A DNA stretch of 63,990 nucleotides, filler included, from Octopus bimaculoides (lineage: Eukaryota), in NCBI RefSeq assembly GCF_001194135.2. It is 9 parts of 9 records of this genome, joined end to end, with 100 filler letters (N's around TTAATTAATTAA, not from the genome) between each part and the next. Parts side by side here need not be neighbours in the genome. Positions count along the whole stretch, not along the records: positions 60,789 to 62,876 come from NW_026372957.1; positions 62,977 to 63,990 come from NW_026297187.1; 7 more parts are not named here. One strand, written 5' to 3'. Shown here in pieces: positions 62,420 through 63,990 of this stretch. The position numbers were made by a program, and so were the translations under genes. Position 1 is the stretch's first letter, and each line of letters starts with the position of its first letter. The notes beneath the pieces are model-generated. The model was not told the DNA's origin, did no database searches, and worked only from the letters and a program-made list of their open reading frames with translations.

Positions 62420-62876
62420 TCAGATCAAAACTACCTGGACCAAGAAACTGCACAACAGAAAACTCCTTTTCTGTAACATGCTTAAAAACCACAACAAAGC
62501 TGAAATTTATGACAAATGGTTAAACTCTTCTCCCATCATACTACCCCGTAAATTCCAAATTAAACACATCACAGATGAACCAGAACAACAACGCTCTCTA
62601 AGAGAAAAACTGGCATCTGAAAAGATGAAAACTGAAGTGGAACTTTAAAAACTCAGAGCACAAAATCACGAACAAAAATACACAAAAATGGATGATGAGA
62701 TGCTCTTCGAACTTACCACACACTCCAACGAGCAATCCCTTGAACATGGCTTTAAGCTGTGGAAAGATGAATGCCAAAAGGAAGAACTAACTTCCCTTAA
62801 ACACTGGGAAAACAACAAAAAATTATTCCATAACTATGAAACACAATTCATATTAAACCTCAAATCAAAAAACCCT
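62420..62876 (+). mobile_element. Probable retroelement ORF remnant (ORF1-like or Penelope N-terminal), one in-frame stop
   Basis: MLKNHNKAEIYDKWLNSSPIILPRKFQIKHITDEPEQQRSLREKLASEKMKTEVEL*KLRAQ...MDDEM...LWKDECQKEE. The W...IIPRKF...LW..EC pattern recalls invertebrate retroelement-associated ORFs; the family is not certain. Confidence 0.4.
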
Positions 62877-63303
62877 NNNNNNNNNNNNNNNNNNNNNNNN
62901 NNNNNNNNNNNNNNNNNNNNTTAATTAATTAANNNNNNNNNNNNNNNNNNNNNNNNNNNNNNNNNNNNNNNNNNNNGGTCCTTTTATTTTTGCCAAATAA
63001 AACACGCACTATATAATAAAATAGTATCGTGTATGTTTTCGTGAGTTTACCTAAACGCTAGTTTTACCAAAGCAAGAAAAAAGTCAATACCTTTTGATAA
63101 AGTAAATATCTAAATATATCAGACTGTAATTCCAGCATACAGCATTCAGTTACTCAGTGTTTAATGTCCAAGCCTTGGACATTCTCAGAACGGATTCCTC
63201 AATTTTCTAGACTTTATTAGCACAGCATTTTAAAATACATTTTGAATTTTGGTGTGACCCTTGTATAACTAAGCTGGACGATTAATAAGGCACAAGGCTT
63301 CAC

Positions 63304-63410
<107 letters not shown>

Positions 63411-63990
63411 AATAATAATAATGATAATAAGGACCCAAGACATAGCGGACGAGAATAATAAAAATAAAATAATAATATATATGCGGCATAGGTATAATAT
63501 TTGTCGTAAGTTTCTTTCAATATAACTATACTATACGTCATAATATATTTATGATATTGGTTCTTCGTAACAGTAATATACTCATCATTATTATAGTTAT
63601 TGATCATAAGTGATATAGTCATCATAAAAAAATAGCTGAGGAATACTGGTTCGTGGGTGTTTCGTCTATCATCCTTAAAATAACCCTTATTTAGGGACTT
63701 TTCAGCGAGATGGTCTGAAAACCTGAAGAAAATTCTGTGTCCCACCTGAAAGGTCATGCATTATTTATCTTGGTATGAAGTCATCATTGTCACGTACATG
63801 TGTTTGTGATGCAAGTGCTTGTTAGACGGGTAGTTATGAGGCGTAAATTAGGCTACATATAGATGTACTCCAGTATCTCTTTAATGGTGTGCGTTGATCT
63901 CTCTCAAGAAGAAGAAAATGATGTATATATATATATAATTCCTGTACATCACTTCCAAACCTTCTAATATATATATATATATATATATAT

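Overview
AT-rich, repeat-saturated eukaryotic genomic DNA; no bacterial or phage features, CRISPR arrays or rRNA/tRNA genes were found. The SINE families, Dong/R4 and RTE LINEs and microsatellite density look like a coleoid cephalopod, probably Octopus (inference, not verified). The window is at least 9 sequence blocks joined by eight artificial 100-bp spacers (44 N + TTAATTAATTAA + 44 N), so adjacency across those joins is uncertain. Only one protein-coding gene can be reconstructed: the 3' half of an MFSD14/HIAT1-type MFS transporter on the minus strand. It has 7 exons (28392 to 20589, 792 nt, 263 aa + stop), all introns GT-AG and in phase; its N-terminal half was not found in the window. 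Almost all ORFs in the supplied track are microsatellite or N-gap artefacts. The rest is decayed mobile DNA: Dong/R4-type and RTE-type LINEs, Ty3/gypsy pol fragments, a mariner, hAT-type MITEs, Helitron 3' ends, Penelope-like remnants and two or three SINE families. The most interesting details are small RNA or DNA structures: a minimal hammerhead-like motif with a non-canonical core, a telomere-cored palindromic mini-element, an inverted SINE pair inside an MFSD14 intron, competing stems in a Dong/R4 3' UTR, nested insertions with clear junctions, and a candidate unannotated exon pair near 59.2 kb. I found no convincing evidence for a novel multi-gene system.
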